A stretch of DNA of 64,000 bases from Vezdaea acicularis (Eukaryota), in assembly GCA_026025075.1 (NCBI GenBank), contig JAPEUI010000021.1, forward strand, positions 124,001 to 188,000. Direction: 5' to 3'. The notes under the pieces were generated by a model, which searched no databases, was not told where the DNA came from, and saw only the letters and a list, made by a program, of their open reading frames with translations. Below, piece by piece: positions 63,324-64,000 of this stretch (positions are counted from its first letter, which is position 1; every line of letters begins with the position of its first letter). Made by a program: the position numbers and the translations under genes.

Positions 63324-64000
63324 ATGGGTGTCGACGAATATGATATCGAAAAGCAGCCTGACGTTGTGCATACACATGGTAGCCCCACCCACGTCGGCCA
63401 TGGCGGCGAGAAGGGTCTATACGTCGACGAGACCGGAGCAGTTCCCGGCGAGAGCTTCGTCATAGGCGATTCTCTCTATGCTCGGTTGCAACGGTTTGCT
63501 GGGAGGTTCAATATCGAGCAGAGAGGAATCGAGCGAGTGCCGGAGAATGAGCGGACGGATACGTCTTTGGTGAAAGTGGGGACAATGGTACTTGACCTTG
63601 ATCTTCTTCCCTCCAGTTGAGAGCGAGGATACACAATTATCTACGAGATGAGCGCATATCTAACACTTATCGCTCCAGTGGCTTGCTGCCAACTTGGTCG
63701 TCAGCTCTTTCGCGATCGGACTCCTTGGGACCAACCCGAATATCTACGCGCTCGGGTTTGGCGATGCCTGTCTCACAATCCTCTTCATCAACTTGCTCGG
63801 GATTACGCCGGTGTGCTTCTTCTCCTCATTCGGTCCTCGGTTCGGTCTACGACAGATGGTTCTCTCACGATTCTACTTTGGTTATTATGGGGTTAAAGTC
63901 AGTAAGTAATCGACAAATTCATTTCCGACTTTGAATTGCAATAACTGATCTCATTCATAGTCGCGTGCTTCAACATCGTTGCTTGTATTGGCTGGTCCTC
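63324..64000 (+). CDS. FCY2: Purine-cytosine permease (NCS1, Fcy2-like), 5' part
   Basis: Exons 63324-63587, 63679-63901 and 63961->64000. Motifs IEQRGIERVPENERTD, M|WLAANLVVSSFAIG, FGPRFGLRQMVLSRFYFGYYG and FNIVACIGWS. Confidence 0.92.

Noticed and set aside
2236..64000. Purine-salvage cluster (APRT plus purine-cytosine permease)
   Set aside because: The genes are ~60 kb apart with many unrelated genes between them.
1..64000. Canonical telomerase template (TAACCCTAA), CRISPR arrays, transposons, RIP-degraded AT-rich blocks, tRNA/rRNA/snRNA genes
   Set aside because: None recognised on either strand by eye; tRNAscan-SE, cmscan and RepeatMasker would be needed to exclude them formally.

Overview
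Eukaryotic DNA from a filamentous ascomycete (Pezizomycotina-type). It has short GT-AG introns, mostly 43-96 nt, with CTAAC/CTGAC-like branch sites, so many TTG/GTG starts in the ORF track are artefacts and genes had to be spliced by hand. About 19 protein genes are supported, in order: a partial conserved hypothetical gene, RidA/Mmf1, APRT, proline dehydrogenase, a two-finger C2H2 gene whose finger exon is absent from the ORF track, an RRM-like protein, Rtc1/Sea2 (WDR24), Hmt1 ABC transporter, a forkhead TF, cactin, XLF, a ~1425-aa disordered protein with a PAM2-like motif, an 86-aa orphan, a Myb/SANT-like protein, an acetoacetate-decarboxylase-fold protein, a Zn2Cys6 TF, a DHA14 MFS pump, an ERCC6L2-like SNF2 ATPase, Rrp41 and a partial Fcy2-type permease. 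No transposon, rRNA, tRNA or CRISPR was recognised. The most notable unexplained signals are: a ~1.7 kb ORF-poor segment divergent from APRT with nested long-range helices (candidate large structured ncRNA); a textbook intron in the cactin 3'UTR; a GC-rich 457-nt candidate intron at 41.5-41.9 kb; a spliced uORF overlapping the permease start; and an in-frame mitochondrial-presequence-like extension on RidA. All splice models and RNA pairings were read by eye and are unvalidated.
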